DNA of 64,000 bases from Burkholderiales bacterium (GCA_035632415.1 DASQGW010000153.1:4821-68820); one strand, 5' to 3'; shown: positions 48,218 to 57,832, numbered from the stretch's first letter. The notes: generated by a model not told the origin, from the sequence alone. Numbers and translations are program-made.

Positions 48218-49689
48218 CTGGTCGGCCGGTGCAGGTAGCGTCCGCGCGGCTTTCCCGTCACGTTGCCGTTCTCGCAGGCAAGCTCGCCGCGCAGGAACGT
48301 AGCTTTCACCCGGGCCGAGAGCTCGATGCCCTCGAACGGCGTATAGCCTTGGGTCGACTCGGACTCCTTCGCGCGGATCGTCCAGCTCTCGGCCGGATCG
48401 ACGAGGGCGATATCCGCGTCCAGCCCTTCGGCGATGTCGCCTTTGGAGTTCAGGCCGAAGCGCCGCGCCGGGTTGTAGCTCGTCAGCGCAGCCATCCGGT
48501 TATAGGACAGGCCTCGCTTGCTTCCTTCCGAGACGAGCGCCGGCAGCAGGTATTCGGTGCCCCCGAAGCCCGATTTCGCCAGCCAGATGTTGCCGAAGGC
48601 CTTCTTTGCCACCTTGGTCTCGTGGCGGCAGCAGGCATGGTCGCTGACGACCCAGTGCACATTGCCCGCGAGCACCTGCTCCCACAAGTACTCGACGTCC
48701 TCGCGCGGCCGGATGGGCGGGTTCACCTTGGCAAGCGGCCCGGCCTTCGAATTCACGTCGAGAACGAGATGGCCGACGGTGACCTCGCGGCGGAAGTCGA
48801 TGTGCGGAAAGACCGCCTGCATCTGCAGCGCCGCGCTCAGCGCCTTGCGCGAGGACAGGTGCAGCAGGTTGATATTGGGCAACGCCGCCTCGTTAGCGAG
48901 GTAGGAGGCAATGAACACCGCCAGGCCTTCCGAATGCGGCGGCCGCGCCGCGTGGTAAGCCTCGAGGCCTTTCAGCTTGCCGGCGGTCTCCACCATCTTG
49001 GTGTACGCAGTCATGATCTCCGCGGTCTCGCAATGAAGCGACAGGCTGATCTGCGAGGCTTTCTCCGGGAAGCGCTCGCGCGCCTTCTGGACGCCCCGCA
49101 TGACGAACTCGAAGTGCGCGTAGTCGTAGCGCTCTTCGGGCCCGATCATCAGGAAGTCGCGCTGGGCATCGGAGCGGCCGTGCAGGCCGTGCGAGCCGTA
49201 GAACATGAAGATCTTGAAGGACGGCACGCCGTGCTTTTCCACCAATGATGGAATTTCGGAAATGTGCATGCGGTCCATCGGCGCCAGGTGATAACCATAG
49301 TCGGCGTGGTAGCGGCCCTTGGAGATGTCGAGCACCTCGGGGAAGAACTTGCGATACGGCCCGCCCTTGTTGAGGTAGTACTGCCCGGTGCGGAAGTAGG
49401 TCAGCATCGAGGTGACGCCGCCCTGCGCGGCGGCTCGGCTTTCGCTTGCCGCGTCTTCGCGCAGCGGCGAATAGATGCCGGCGTGCATGTGGGCGTCGAC
49501 CACGCCCGGGAAGGCGAGCCGGCCCTTGCCGTCGTAGACCTGCTTTGCCTCCTTCGCGGGGATTCCGGCGCCGATCTTCGCGAACTTGCCGCCGCGGACG
49601 GCGATGTCGGCATCATGGATCGCGTGGCCCTGCGGCCGCACGACGCGCACGTTCTTGATGAGCAAATCCCATTTCTTTGCGGTTGCCAT
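48214..49689 (-). CDS. cyclic amidohydrolase (hydantoinase/dihydropyrimidinase/enamidase-like)
   Basis: 491 aa; DLLIKNVRVV...GVVDAHMH metal-binding HxH at the expected N-terminal position; VSDHACC late motif; ADIALVDP. 4-nt overlap with the downstream gene. Confidence 0.8.
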   Translation of the reverse strand: MATAKKWDLLIKNVRVVRPQGHAIHDADIAVRGGKFAKIGAGIPAKEAKQVYDGKGRLAFPGVVDAHMHAGIYSPLREDAASESRAAAQGGVTSMLTYFRTGQYYLNKGGPYRKFFPEVLDISKGRYHADYGYHLAPMDRMHISEIPSLVEKHGVPSFKIFMFYGSHGLHGRSDAQRDFLMIGPEERYDYAHFEFVMRGVQKARERFPEKASQISLSLHCETAEIMTAYTKMVETAGKLKGLEAYHAARPPHSEGLAVFIASYLANEAALPNINLLHLSSRKALSAALQMQAVFPHIDFRREVTVGHLVLDVNSKAGPLAKVNPPIRPREDVEYLWEQVLAGNVHWVVSDHACCRHETKVAKKAFGNIWLAKSGFGGTEYLLPALVSEGSKRGLSYNRMAALTSYNPARRFGLNSKGDIAEGLDADIALVDPAESWTIRAKESESTQGYTPFEGIELSARVKATFLRGELACENGNVTGKPRGRYLHRPTS

Positions 49690-49698
49690 GTCTTCTCC

Positions 49699-50544
49699 CT
49701 ATTTTTCGTATCGTTTCCCGAGCTCCAGCATCTGCGGCGTACCGATCACGCCATTGAGACCCTGGAAGTCGAGCATGCGGTTGCGCAGGGCGGCGGTCGT
49801 GCCGTCGCGCTTCAGCACGGCGAAATATTCCTGCGCGGCGAAGGCGAGGCAGCGCGCGAGTCCTCCCGGGAAGATGGCAATGCGGTAGCCGAGCGACTGC
49901 AGGCTCTTCGCATCGAGCACCGGCGTCTTGCCGCCCTCCACCATGTTGGCGAGCATGGGAACGCGCTTGGCGAAGCGGCCAGTGATGGTCTTCATCTGCG
50001 CTTCGCTTTGCGGCGCCTCGATGAAGAGCACATCGGCGCCCGCTTCGACATACCGTTCGGCGCGCTCCACGGCCTTGTCGAGGCCTTCAACGGCAATCGC
50101 GTCGGTGCGCGCCATGATGAGCGCGCCAGTCCTCGCGTCCAATGCTGCCTGGATCTTGCCGACCATTTCTTCGGCGCTGACGAGCGCCTTGCCGTCGAGA
50201 TGCCCGCAGCGCTTCGGCGTGACCTGGTCCTCGAGCTGGATCACCGTCGCGCCGGCGCGCTCGAACTGCTTCACGGTGCGCGCAACGTTGAGCGCATTGC
50301 CGAAGCCGGTGTCGGCGTCGACGATGACCGGGAGCCCGATCCGCTCGCGGATGTTCTCCAGCGTGTCGGCCACTTCGCTCGCGGTCACGAGCCCGATATC
50401 GGGCCGACCAAGGCGCGTATAGGCGATGCTCGCGCCCGAGACGTACACCGCCTCGAACCCTGCCTGCTCGGCGAGAAGCGCCGTCAGCGCGTCGTAGACG
50501 CCGGGGGCGAGGAGGAGCGGATCACGCTCAAGCCTTTCGCGCAA
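49699..50544 (-). CDS. isocitrate lyase/PEP mutase superfamily lyase (methylisocitrate / 2,3-dimethylmalate lyase-like)
   Basis: 281 aa; GASIAYT...PVIVDADTGFGN and the catalytic loop KRCGH, which marks the lyase rather than the mutase branch. Confidence 0.82.
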   Translation of the reverse strand: MRERLERDPLLLAPGVYDALTALLAEQAGFEAVYVSGASIAYTRLGRPDIGLVTASEVADTLENIRERIGLPVIVDADTGFGNALNVARTVKQFERAGATVIQLEDQVTPKRCGHLDGKALVSAEEMVGKIQAALDARTGALIMARTDAIAVEGLDKAVERAERYVEAGADVLFIEAPQSEAQMKTITGRFAKRVPMLANMVEGGKTPVLDAKSLQSLGYRIAIFPGGLARCLAFAAQEYFAVLKRDGTTAALRNRMLDFQGLNGVIGTPQMLELGKRYEK

Positions 50545-51010
50545 GTTTCTTCTCCAGGTGGGGAAGCAGACCGCCGTCGCGGATGATGGCCATCAGGAAT
50601 GCCGGGATCGGCTCGCAGGCGAGCGTCTCGCCGGTGGTGCGATTCACCACCTTGCCGCGCTCGGCATCAACGTCGAGTTCGTCGCCGACCCGGATGCGCT
50701 TCGCATCGGCGCAGACGACGGCGGGCAGGCCGAGGTTGATCGCGTTGCGGTAGAAGAGCCCGGCGAACGATTCGGCGATGAGCACCGCGACACCCAGATG
50801 CTTGAGCGCTTCGGGTGCCTGCTCGCGCGAGGAGCCGGCGCCGAAGTTGCGGCCGCCGACGACGATGTCGCCCGGCTTCACTTCCCTGGCGAACGCAGGC
50901 GAGACCGATTCCAGGCAGTGCTTCGCGATTTCCTCGATGCCGAACTTCATGTAGCGGCCGGGCGCGATGACGTCCGTGTCCAGGTTGTCGCCGAAGACCC
51001 AGGCTTTCAC
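50528..51010 (-). CDS. aconitase-family hydratase small subunit (LeuD/HacB/DmdB type)
   Basis: In-frame GTG at 51010 (VKAWVFGDNLDTDVI) within track ORF 50528..51196. GGRNFGAGSSREQAP motif. GTGA overlap with the large-subunit stop. Confidence 0.85.
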   Translation of the reverse strand: MKAWVFGDNLDTDVIAPGRYMKFGIEEIAKHCLESVSPAFAREVKPGDIVVGGRNFGAGSSREQAPEALKHLGVAVLIAESFAGLFYRNAINLGLPAVVCADAKRIRVGDELDVDAERGKVVNRTTGETLACEPIPAFLMAIIRDGGLLPHLEKKLARKA

Positions 51011-52242
51011 GCGAGCAGATCCCGGGGGTCGGTGATGCGTCCGGTGATCGCCGAGGCCGCCACCGTGTAAGGCGAGGCGAGGTAGACCTGCGCCGCCGGA
51101 TCGCCCATGCGGCCCTTGAAGTTGCGCGCGGTGGTGGAGATGGTCACGGTATTCGCGGCGAGCAGGTTGGGGCCATAGCCTGCGCACATGCCGCACGAGT
51201 TGGCGAGCAGCTCCGCGCCGGCATCGAGCAGGACGCGGAGCGTGCCTTCGCGCTCTGCGGCCTGCTGGTCGCGCAGGCTCGCCGGTGCTACGAGCAGGCG
51301 AGTCTTCGCCTTGCGGCTTTTAAGCACCTTGGCGGCCATGCGCAGGTCGTCGAGCTTGGCCCCGGTGCACGCTCCTATGTAGGCGAGGTCGATCTTCTCG
51401 CTGAAGTCGCCCACGGGCTTGGTATTGGCGGGGCTGTGCGGCGCCGCGACCTGGGGCGCGAGCTCAGTTGCGTTGAATCGATGGTGCTGGAGCATCGGGG
51501 CGCCCGGGTCGCTGTCCCAGATCTCGCCTTTGCCGAGGTACTTCAGGGTGACCTCGTCTGAGGCGACCAGCCCGGTCTGGCCGCCGAGCTCGGCCGTCAT
51601 GTTGCAGAGGGTCATGCGCTCCTGCATCGAGAGTGCGCGGATCGCCGGGCCGCGGTATTCGACGGCTTGATACTGGCCGCCGTCCATGCCGAAGCGGCCG
51701 ATAAGGAAAAGCATGATGTCCTTCGCCGAGACGCCCGGAGCGAGCGCGCCGTCGAAGTCCATCGCAATCGTGTGCGGGACTTTGAGCCAGATCTCTCCGG
51801 TGACGACTACGCCGAGCATCTCGGTCGCGCCGATGCCGAACATGTACGTAGCGAAGGCGCCGCCGGTGGGCGAGTGGCTGTCGCCGCCGACGGCGAACAT
51901 GCCCGGACGCAGGTGGCCGCGCTCGGGGAGCACGACATGGCAGATGCCTTGCGCGTCGTAGAACGCGTCGACGCCGGCTTCCTTCACCCAGTCCTGCGCG
52001 ATCCGGATGATCTTGCGGCTCTCGTCGTCGTAGGCGGGAAGGTAGTGGTCGGTGATGACCACGAGCTTCGACGGATCCCAGACCTTTGCGCCGAGGCGCT
52101 CGAGCCTGGGCTTCAGCCTCCGCGGGCCGCTCGAGTCGTGCACCATCGCGAGGTCGACCTTGCAGGTGACGATCTCCCCCGGCGTCACCGATGCACGGCC
52201 GGCGGCGCGGGCGACGAGTTTCTGTGCGAGCGTTTGTGCCAT
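51007..52242 (-). CDS. aconitase-family hydratase large subunit (LeuC/HacA/DmdA type, ~410 aa short form)
   Basis: In-frame ATG at 52242 (MAQTLAQKLV) within track ORF 51007..52383. VGGDSHSPTGGAF; Fe-S ligand contexts IGACTG and NSCGMCAG. Confidence 0.85.
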   Translation of the reverse strand: MAQTLAQKLVARAAGRASVTPGEIVTCKVDLAMVHDSSGPRRLKPRLERLGAKVWDPSKLVVITDHYLPAYDDESRKIIRIAQDWVKEAGVDAFYDAQGICHVVLPERGHLRPGMFAVGGDSHSPTGGAFATYMFGIGATEMLGVVVTGEIWLKVPHTIAMDFDGALAPGVSAKDIMLFLIGRFGMDGGQYQAVEYRGPAIRALSMQERMTLCNMTAELGGQTGLVASDEVTLKYLGKGEIWDSDPGAPMLQHHRFNATELAPQVAAPHSPANTKPVGDFSEKIDLAYIGACTGAKLDDLRMAAKVLKSRKAKTRLLVAPASLRDQQAAEREGTLRVLLDAGAELLANSCGMCAGYGPNLLAANTVTISTTARNFKGRMGDPAAQVYLASPYTVAASAITGRITDPRDLLA

Positions 52243-52243
52243 C

Positions 52244-52945
52244 TCAGAGTCCCAGATACGCGCGCTTGAGCTCCGCGTTCGCGAGGAGCTCGGCCGGCGT
52301 GCCCTGGAAGACGATGGCGCCGTTCTCGAGGACGTAGGCGCGATTGGCGATCTCGAGGGACTGGCCGACGTTCTGCTCGACAAGCAGGATCGGCAGTCCC
52401 TCCTTGTTCAGCCGGGCGATGAGCGCAAAGAGCTCCTCGACGGCGACCGGCGAGAGGCCGAGCGACGGCTCATCGAGGATCAGCAGCCGCGGCTCTGCCA
52501 TCAGGCCGCGGCCAATCGCCAGCATCTGCTGCTCTCCGCCCGAGAGCGTGCCGGCGCGCTGGGCCGTGCGCTCCTTCAGCTTGGGGAACACGCTGAACAC
52601 GTGCTCGAGGTTCCTCTCGCGGTTCGCGCGGGCGCGGCGATAACTGCCGAGCTCGAGATTCTCGTGCACGGTGAGATTGGGAAAGACGCGGCGGCCTTCT
52701 GGAACATGGATGAGCCCCGCGGCGACGATATCCGTGTACCGCGAGCCCGCAATACTGCGATCTTCGAACTCGATTGTGCCGGAAAAGGCCGGCAGCAGGC
52801 CGGAGAGCGTGTTGTTGAGCGTGGTCTTTCCCGCGCCATTGGAGCCGAGGAGCGCGACCACTTCGCCCGGGCGGACGGCGAGGTCGATGCCGCGGAGGAC
52901 TTCGACCCGCCCATAGCCGCCGCGCAGCGCCGCGACTTCAAGCAT
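52244..52945 (-). CDS. ABC transporter ATP-binding protein (LivF-like), operon-embedded
   Basis: 233 aa; Walker A GSNGAGKTT; signature LSGGEQQML. Confidence 0.9.
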   Translation of the reverse strand: MLEVAALRGGYGRVEVLRGIDLAVRPGEVVALLGSNGAGKTTLNNTLSGLLPAFSGTIEFEDRSIAGSRYTDIVAAGLIHVPEGRRVFPNLTVHENLELGSYRRARANRERNLEHVFSVFPKLKERTAQRAGTLSGGEQQMLAIGRGLMAEPRLLILDEPSLGLSPVAVEELFALIARLNKEGLPILLVEQNVGQSLEIANRAYVLENGAIVFQGTPAELLANAELKRAYLGL

Positions 52946-53678
52946 AGGCGGCCCTCATGCGTGCGGCGGTTCCATGGCCGAGATACGCCTCGACGACGGC
53001 GGGGTCCGACGTGACTTCGCGCGGCGTGCCGTGCGCGATCAAGCGGCCGTTCGAGAGGACCCACGCCTCGTCCGAGAGGTTCATGACCGCGCGCAATACG
53101 TGCTCGACCATCAGGACGCTGATGCCGCCATCGCGGATGCCACGGATCACCGGGAGCACTTCATCGATCTCCCGCGGGTTTAGGCCGGCGAGAACCTCGT
53201 CGAGCAGCAAGAGGCGGGGCTCGGTCGCCAGCGCTCGTGCGAGCTCGAGCCGCTTGCGACCTGCGATGGTGAGGTTCGCCGCCAGCTTGTCGAGCTGTAC
53301 CGCGAGGCCGACCCGCGCCGCGACGGCTTCGGCTGCGCCGAGCGCGCTCGCTCGCGAAGGATGGCGAAGGTGGGCGCCGACCGCGATGTTTTCGCGCACG
53401 GTCTGGGCACCGAAGGGCTGCACGATCTGGAACGTCCGCGCCATGCCGAGGCGGCAAGCCTCGTGCGGCGGGATGCCGGTGATGTCGCGTCCTTCGAGCC
53501 GGACGCGACCGTGATCGGGCCGGACGAAACCGGAGATCAGGTTGAACACGGTGGTCTTGCCCGCGCCGTTCGGGCCGATCAGGGCCACGATCTTTCCCCG
53601 AGGCAAGGCGAGCGACACGTCGTCTACGGCGGCGAGGCCGCCGAAGCGCACAGAGAGCTTTTCGGCCTCGAGGATCAC
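52938..53678 (-). CDS. ABC transporter ATP-binding protein (LivG-like), operon-embedded
   Basis: In-frame GTG at 53678 ([14 protein letters not shown]) within track ORF 52938..54485. Walker [14 protein letters not shown] overlap with the permease stop. Confidence 0.88.
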   Translation of the reverse strand: MILEAEKLSVRFGGLAAVDDVSLALPRGKIVALIGPNGAGKTTVFNLISGFVRPDHGRVRLEGRDITGIPPHEACRLGMARTFQIVQPFGAQTVRENIAVGAHLRHPSRASALGAAEAVAARVGLAVQLDKLAANLTIAGRKRLELARALATEPRLLLLDEVLAGLNPREIDEVLPVIRGIRDGGISVLMVEHVLRAVMNLSDEAWVLSNGRLIAHGTPREVTSDPAVVEAYLGHGTAARMRAAYA

Positions 53679-54703
53679 GCCTTCCGCCGCAGCAGGCCGA
53701 GGACACCGCTCGGCATGAAGGTGATCATGAGCACGAGGAGGGCGCCGTAGAGCATGAGGCTCACGCCCGGCGCGTTCTCGAAGAGCCCGCGCGTGCCTTC
53801 GCCGAGGAGCTGCAGCAGCACGGCGCCGAGCACCGGTCCCCACAGCGTGCCGAGCCCGCCGACGATCGGCGCAAGAAGCGCTTCGATCGAGACCCCCGGG
53901 CCATAGGCGAGCCCGGGATCGATGTACTGGAAATATTGCGCGTAGAACACGCCGCCCAGCGCCATGAGCGCCCCGGAGAGGGCAATCGCGCCGAGCTTCA
54001 CCCGAAAGACGTTCACGCCGAGCGCCGCGGCCGAATCCTCGTTGTCCCGTACGGCTTGCAGCCAGGCGCCGTAGCGCGAATTCTTCAGCCACCAGCCGAC
54101 GACGAGGCCGGCCAGCACGAAGGCGAGGATCACGTAGAGGTAACCTGTTTTCGTGGCGAACTGGAAGTTCTCCGGCCCGGCCTTCAGCTTCACCATGATG
54201 CCCACGCCTGCGCCGGTAAAGTCCACGTTGTTCGCGAGTATGCGGAACACTTCCGCGAAGGCGAGGGTGACGAGCGCGAAGTACGAGCCGCGCAGCCCGT
54301 AGCGGAAGGAAAGGGCGCCGATGAAGGCGCCGACTGCAGCACCGAGCAGGAGAGCCGCGGGCAGCGTCGCCCAGGCATTCCATCCGAGCTTCGCCTGCAA
54401 GACGGCAGCCGCATAGGCGCCGGTGCCGAAGAACACCGCATGGCCGAAAGAGAACTGGCCGCCGAAGCCGGCGAGGATGTTCCATGCGAGGCCGAGCAGC
54501 GCCGTATACAGGACCATGATCGCGGCGTTCAGCAGGAAGCCCGAGCTCGCCACCATCGGCAGGGCCGCGACGAGAGCTCCAAAAACCGCGATGGGAACGA
54601 GCTGCTTCAGGCGCGCGCTCCGAAGAGGCCCTGCGGGCGAAAGAGCAGCACCGCGATGAAGATGAGGAAGATGCCGATCTGGCCGAGCGATTCGCCGAGC
54701 CAC
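53675..54703 (-). CDS. ABC permease (LivM-like), operon-embedded; start uncertain
   Basis: [23 protein letters not shown] motif. The GTG at 54703 would overlap the upstream permease by 97 nt. The first TM helix ([15 protein letters not shown]) begins right after a CTG at 54610 that forms a CTGA overlap with the upstream stop. Confidence 0.8.
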   Translation of the reverse strand: MARRIARPDRHLPHLHRGAALSPAGPLRSARLKQLVPIAVFGALVAALPMVASSGFLLNAAIMVLYTALLGLAWNILAGFGGQFSFGHAVFFGTGAYAAAVLQAKLGWNAWATLPAALLLGAAVGAFIGALSFRYGLRGSYFALVTLAFAEVFRILANNVDFTGAGVGIMVKLKAGPENFQFATKTGYLYVILAFVLAGLVVGWWLKNSRYGAWLQAVRDNEDSAAALGVNVFRVKLGAIALSGALMALGGVFYAQYFQYIDPGLAYGPGVSIEALLAPIVGGLGTLWGPVLGAVLLQLLGEGTRGLFENAPGVSLMLYGALLVLMITFMPSGVLGLLRRKA

Positions 54704-55479
54704 AGGCTACCCACGGACTCCACCACCCCTATGAGGAGCCCACCGACCAGCGCGCCCGCGAAGCTGCCCATCCCGCCCAGCACGACGATCGTGAAAGCGA
54801 TCAGGACGAAGCCGTTGCCGACGGTCGGATTCACGTAATAGGCGGGCAGGAGGAAGCAAGCCGCTGCGCCGAGGCAGGCGAGACCGATGCCGAAGCTCAT
54901 CGCGAAGACGTGCTCGACGTCGATGCCGACCAGCCGGGCACCCTGCCTCTCCTTGGCGCACGCGCGTATCGCGCGGCCGAGGTCGGTGGTGCGCATGATG
55001 GTGAGCAGCACACCGGCCGTGGCGCCGGCGCCAAAGAAGGCCACGATCTTGGGCAGCGCGATCATCGCCGGGCCGATCGGCACCGTGGTGAAGGTGTACG
55101 CGGTGTCGATGGTGCGCGTGTCCGACTTGAAGAGGAAGAGCGCCAGGTTCTCGAGCACGATGGCGAGCCCCAGGGTGACGAGCAGGATGTTCTCGTCGCG
55201 CCCGTGGCTCGCCACGCCGATCACGTAGCGGTAGGCGAGGTACCCCGCCGCGAACATGGCGGGCACCATGACGACGATGGATACGTACGGATCGAGGCCC
55301 AGGCTCCTCTGCAGGTAGTACACGCCATAGAGCGCCATCATCAGCGCCGCGCCGTGCGCGAAGTTGATGATGTGCAGCACGCCGTAGATCAGCGTGAGCC
55401 CGAGCGCGATCAGCGCATAGACCGCCCCGGTCGTGAGTCCGTTAAGGAGCGAGGGCCATAGGATCGAGAGCTCGAACAA
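54607..55479 (-). CDS. ABC permease (LivH-like), operon-embedded
   Basis: 290 aa; LNGLTTGAVYALIALGLTLIYG and INFAHGA motifs. Confidence 0.9.
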   Translation of the reverse strand: MFELSILWPSLLNGLTTGAVYALIALGLTLIYGVLHIINFAHGAALMMALYGVYYLQRSLGLDPYVSIVVMVPAMFAAGYLAYRYVIGVASHGRDENILLVTLGLAIVLENLALFLFKSDTRTIDTAYTFTTVPIGPAMIALPKIVAFFGAGATAGVLLTIMRTTDLGRAIRACAKERQGARLVGIDVEHVFAMSFGIGLACLGAAACFLLPAYYVNPTVGNGFVLIAFTIVVLGGMGSFAGALVGGLLIGVVESVGSLWLGESLGQIGIFLIFIAVLLFRPQGLFGARA

Positions 55480-55485
55480 TCCCGC

Positions 55486-56697
55486 TCAGCCCTTCCACGG
55501 GAACGAGGGCTGCGTCTCGGCGTAGGTCTTGGGCAGCACGACTTTGATGTCGTTCTTCAGCACCTGCATCATCAGCGGCTGCGCTCCCTGGTTCTGACCG
55601 TTCACGAACTTGGTCGGGCCGTACGGCATGAAGTGCTTGTCCCAGGTCGAGCCTGCGAGCGCGTTGACGATGTCGTCGCGCTTCGTCGACTTCGCCCGCT
55701 CGATCGCGTCGGCGAGGAGGTGCACCGCCGAGTAGTTGAGGTATACCTCGTAGGTGAAGAACTGATCCTTCATCGCGTCGACGCGCTTCTTCAGCGCCCA
55801 GGCGCGCTTGTCCTTCGGGTTGAACCAGTGGTTCACGTCGAGCACGCCGTTCGCGGCGTCGGAGAATTCTCTTACGAACTTGTACGACGAGGCGGCGCCG
55901 CCGAGCACCGAGTAGATCGCCTTCGGCACCACGTTCTGCTGCTTCATCGTGCGCACGAAGAGCGCGTACTCGTTGTAGTAGTTCGCCGGGATGACGATGT
56001 CGGGATTGACCGCCTTCACCCGCAGCACGATGTTGTTGAAGTCCCGCGTCGGGTTGGCGTGCTTGATCACTTCCTTGACTTCGAAGCCGAGGTGCGGCAG
56101 CTGCTGCGAGAGGAGGTTCGCCGTCCCCGTGCCGAAAAGCGACTCCTCGTGCACGATGACGACGGTCTTGGCCGGCTTGCCCGCGAGGTTGTTGAGCAGG
56201 ACGAGGTGGTTCATCGCCGTGTCGGCGCAGACCTTGTAGCCGGGGGCGAAGCGGAAGGTGTTGGCAAGCCCGCGCTCGACGATCTGGTCGGCGACGCCGA
56301 CGTCCACCACGTGAGGGATGTTGTACTTCGCGGCAGCCTGCGTCGTGGCGAGGCAGATGGCGGAGGCATAGGCGCCGACGATGGCGGACACGCCCGCCTC
56401 GTTCATCTTCTCGACTTCGGCGGCGCCGATTTCAGGCTTGGACTGCGCGTCGCCCAGCACCGCCTCGAGCTTGGCGCCGCCGAGCGACTTGATGCCGCCC
56501 GCCTTGTTGATGTCGTCGATCGCCATCTGGGCGCCGAGGCGCGAGAGGTTTCCGGAGTAGGCGAGGAAGCCGGTCACCGGATGCAAGACGCCGACCTTGA
56601 TGGCCTGGCCCTGGGCGCGTACGCCGAGCGGCAGCGCCGCGGTCGCGGCCAGCGCGGTGGTATTGATGAGGAACTGCCTGCGGTTCGTGGTGTTCAT
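55486..56697 (-). CDS. ABC substrate-binding protein (LivK-type fold) with twin-arginine-like signal
   Basis: 403 aa; N-terminus MNTTNRRQFLINTTALAATAALPLGVRAQG; IKVGVLHPVTGFLAYSG type I PBP pattern. Confidence 0.88.
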   Translation of the reverse strand: MNTTNRRQFLINTTALAATAALPLGVRAQGQAIKVGVLHPVTGFLAYSGNLSRLGAQMAIDDINKAGGIKSLGGAKLEAVLGDAQSKPEIGAAEVEKMNEAGVSAIVGAYASAICLATTQAAAKYNIPHVVDVGVADQIVERGLANTFRFAPGYKVCADTAMNHLVLLNNLAGKPAKTVVIVHEESLFGTGTANLLSQQLPHLGFEVKEVIKHANPTRDFNNIVLRVKAVNPDIVIPANYYNEYALFVRTMKQQNVVPKAIYSVLGGAASSYKFVREFSDAANGVLDVNHWFNPKDKRAWALKKRVDAMKDQFFTYEVYLNYSAVHLLADAIERAKSTKRDDIVNALAGSTWDKHFMPYGPTKFVNGQNQGAQPLMMQVLKNDIKVVLPKTYAETQPSFPWKG

Positions 56698-57059
56698 TTC
56701 TTCTCTCCGTTTAGTGATTCGCCCATGTCATTCCATACCTTCTGGTCCACGAGCTTGCCTGCGCGCACCGTGAACCGGTCGATGAAGCGGATGCCCTCGT
56801 ACCTGCTGCCGTCGAGGCGCTCGCCGTACAGCGTGCCGAAACAATAGACGACGTCGCCGGCGATGTCGAAGCGCTCGTAAGCCTTGCGCGCGCTGCGGTA
56901 GCGGCCTTTTGAGAACTCGACCAGGGCCTCCAGGGAATCGAAGCGCCGGCCGCCCGGGAAGACCATGTGGAATCCCGGGGCGAGGCGATCGCGCGCGGCG
57001 GCGAGATCGCGGCGCTCCATCGCCGCAAGATAGCTCTTGACTGTCTCCTCGGGCGTCAT
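56694..57059 (-). CDS. SnoaL-like / NTF2-fold protein
   Basis: 121 aa; N-terminal TPEETVKSYLAAMERRDLAAARDRLAPGF pattern typical of SnoaL/NTF2-like proteins. 4-nt overlaps on both sides. Confidence 0.65.
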   Translation of the reverse strand: MTPEETVKSYLAAMERRDLAAARDRLAPGFHMVFPGGRRFDSLEALVEFSKGRYRSARKAYERFDIAGDVVYCFGTLYGERLDGSRYEGIRFIDRFTVRAGKLVDQKVWNDMGESLNGEKK

Positions 57060-57832
57060 CCCTGCTCGATGAATTCCTTCAGCGCCTTCTCGGGCGGTTT
57101 GACGTAGTTGGAGCGCCGGCTCACCGCTGCCATGCCGGCCGACTCGCGCAGCCTGACGGCCATCTCGGCGCTCTTCGCGATCAGCGTGATGCCGTTGACG
57201 ATCGGCGCTCCTTCATAGTTCGCGCCGCGCTCGGAGCCGAAGAGCATCATCGGCAGTCCGCCTGCGGGCACGATGACGTCGGCACCCGCATCGAGCAGGA
57301 TGCGGCACTCGCGCTCCCAAAGCGGTTTCAATTTCTCGAGACCCTTGGGAGAGGCGAAAGCGTCGATGAAATCGGCGACCGTCGCCTGCACGGCGCGCAC
57401 CCCGACGACCCGGCTTTGCAGACCGTAGCGAATGACCTGATCTTCGTGCCATGGGATGAACACAGGATTGATCGTGATCAAGCCGAGCTTGCGTCCGAGC
57501 GTGCACGCGTGGAAGAGCGTCGTCTCGCCCAGCCCGAGCACCGGGATGTCGACCACCGATTTCACCTCGGCGAGTCCCGCATCCTGGAAGTGGGTGATGG
57601 CCACCGCCGCGTAGCCTTGCTGCTCGGCCTGCACGGCGTTCTTGATCAGGTTGCGCCCGATGCGGTACTCGGTGATCGCATGCGTGGTGGTCGCCGGCGG
57701 TGTCGTCGTATGGAACGTTGCGGAGAACTCGGGGTCCAGGATGCTCGTCAGGTGCGCCTCGACCTTCGCGATATACGGTGCCGTGAACTGCCGATCGGTG
57801 GCGCCCTGAAACCACAACTTGTATTTGCTCAT
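57056..57832 (-). CDS. Asp/Glu/hydantoin racemase-family protein (divergent)
   Basis: 258 aa. AVAITHFQDAGLAEVKSVVDIPVLGLGETTLFHACTLGRKLGLITIN follows the hydantoin-racemase pattern (xIACFGDPGLxAxRExxxxPVxGIxEA), and DVIVPAGGLPMM matches the second active-site stretch. Confidence 0.7.
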   Translation of the reverse strand: MSKYKLWFQGATDRQFTAPYIAKVEAHLTSILDPEFSATFHTTTPPATTTHAITEYRIGRNLIKNAVQAEQQGYAAVAITHFQDAGLAEVKSVVDIPVLGLGETTLFHACTLGRKLGLITINPVFIPWHEDQVIRYGLQSRVVGVRAVQATVADFIDAFASPKGLEKLKPLWERECRILLDAGADVIVPAGGLPMMLFGSERGANYEGAPIVNGITLIAKSAEMAVRLRESAGMAAVSRRSNYVKPPEKALKEFIEQG

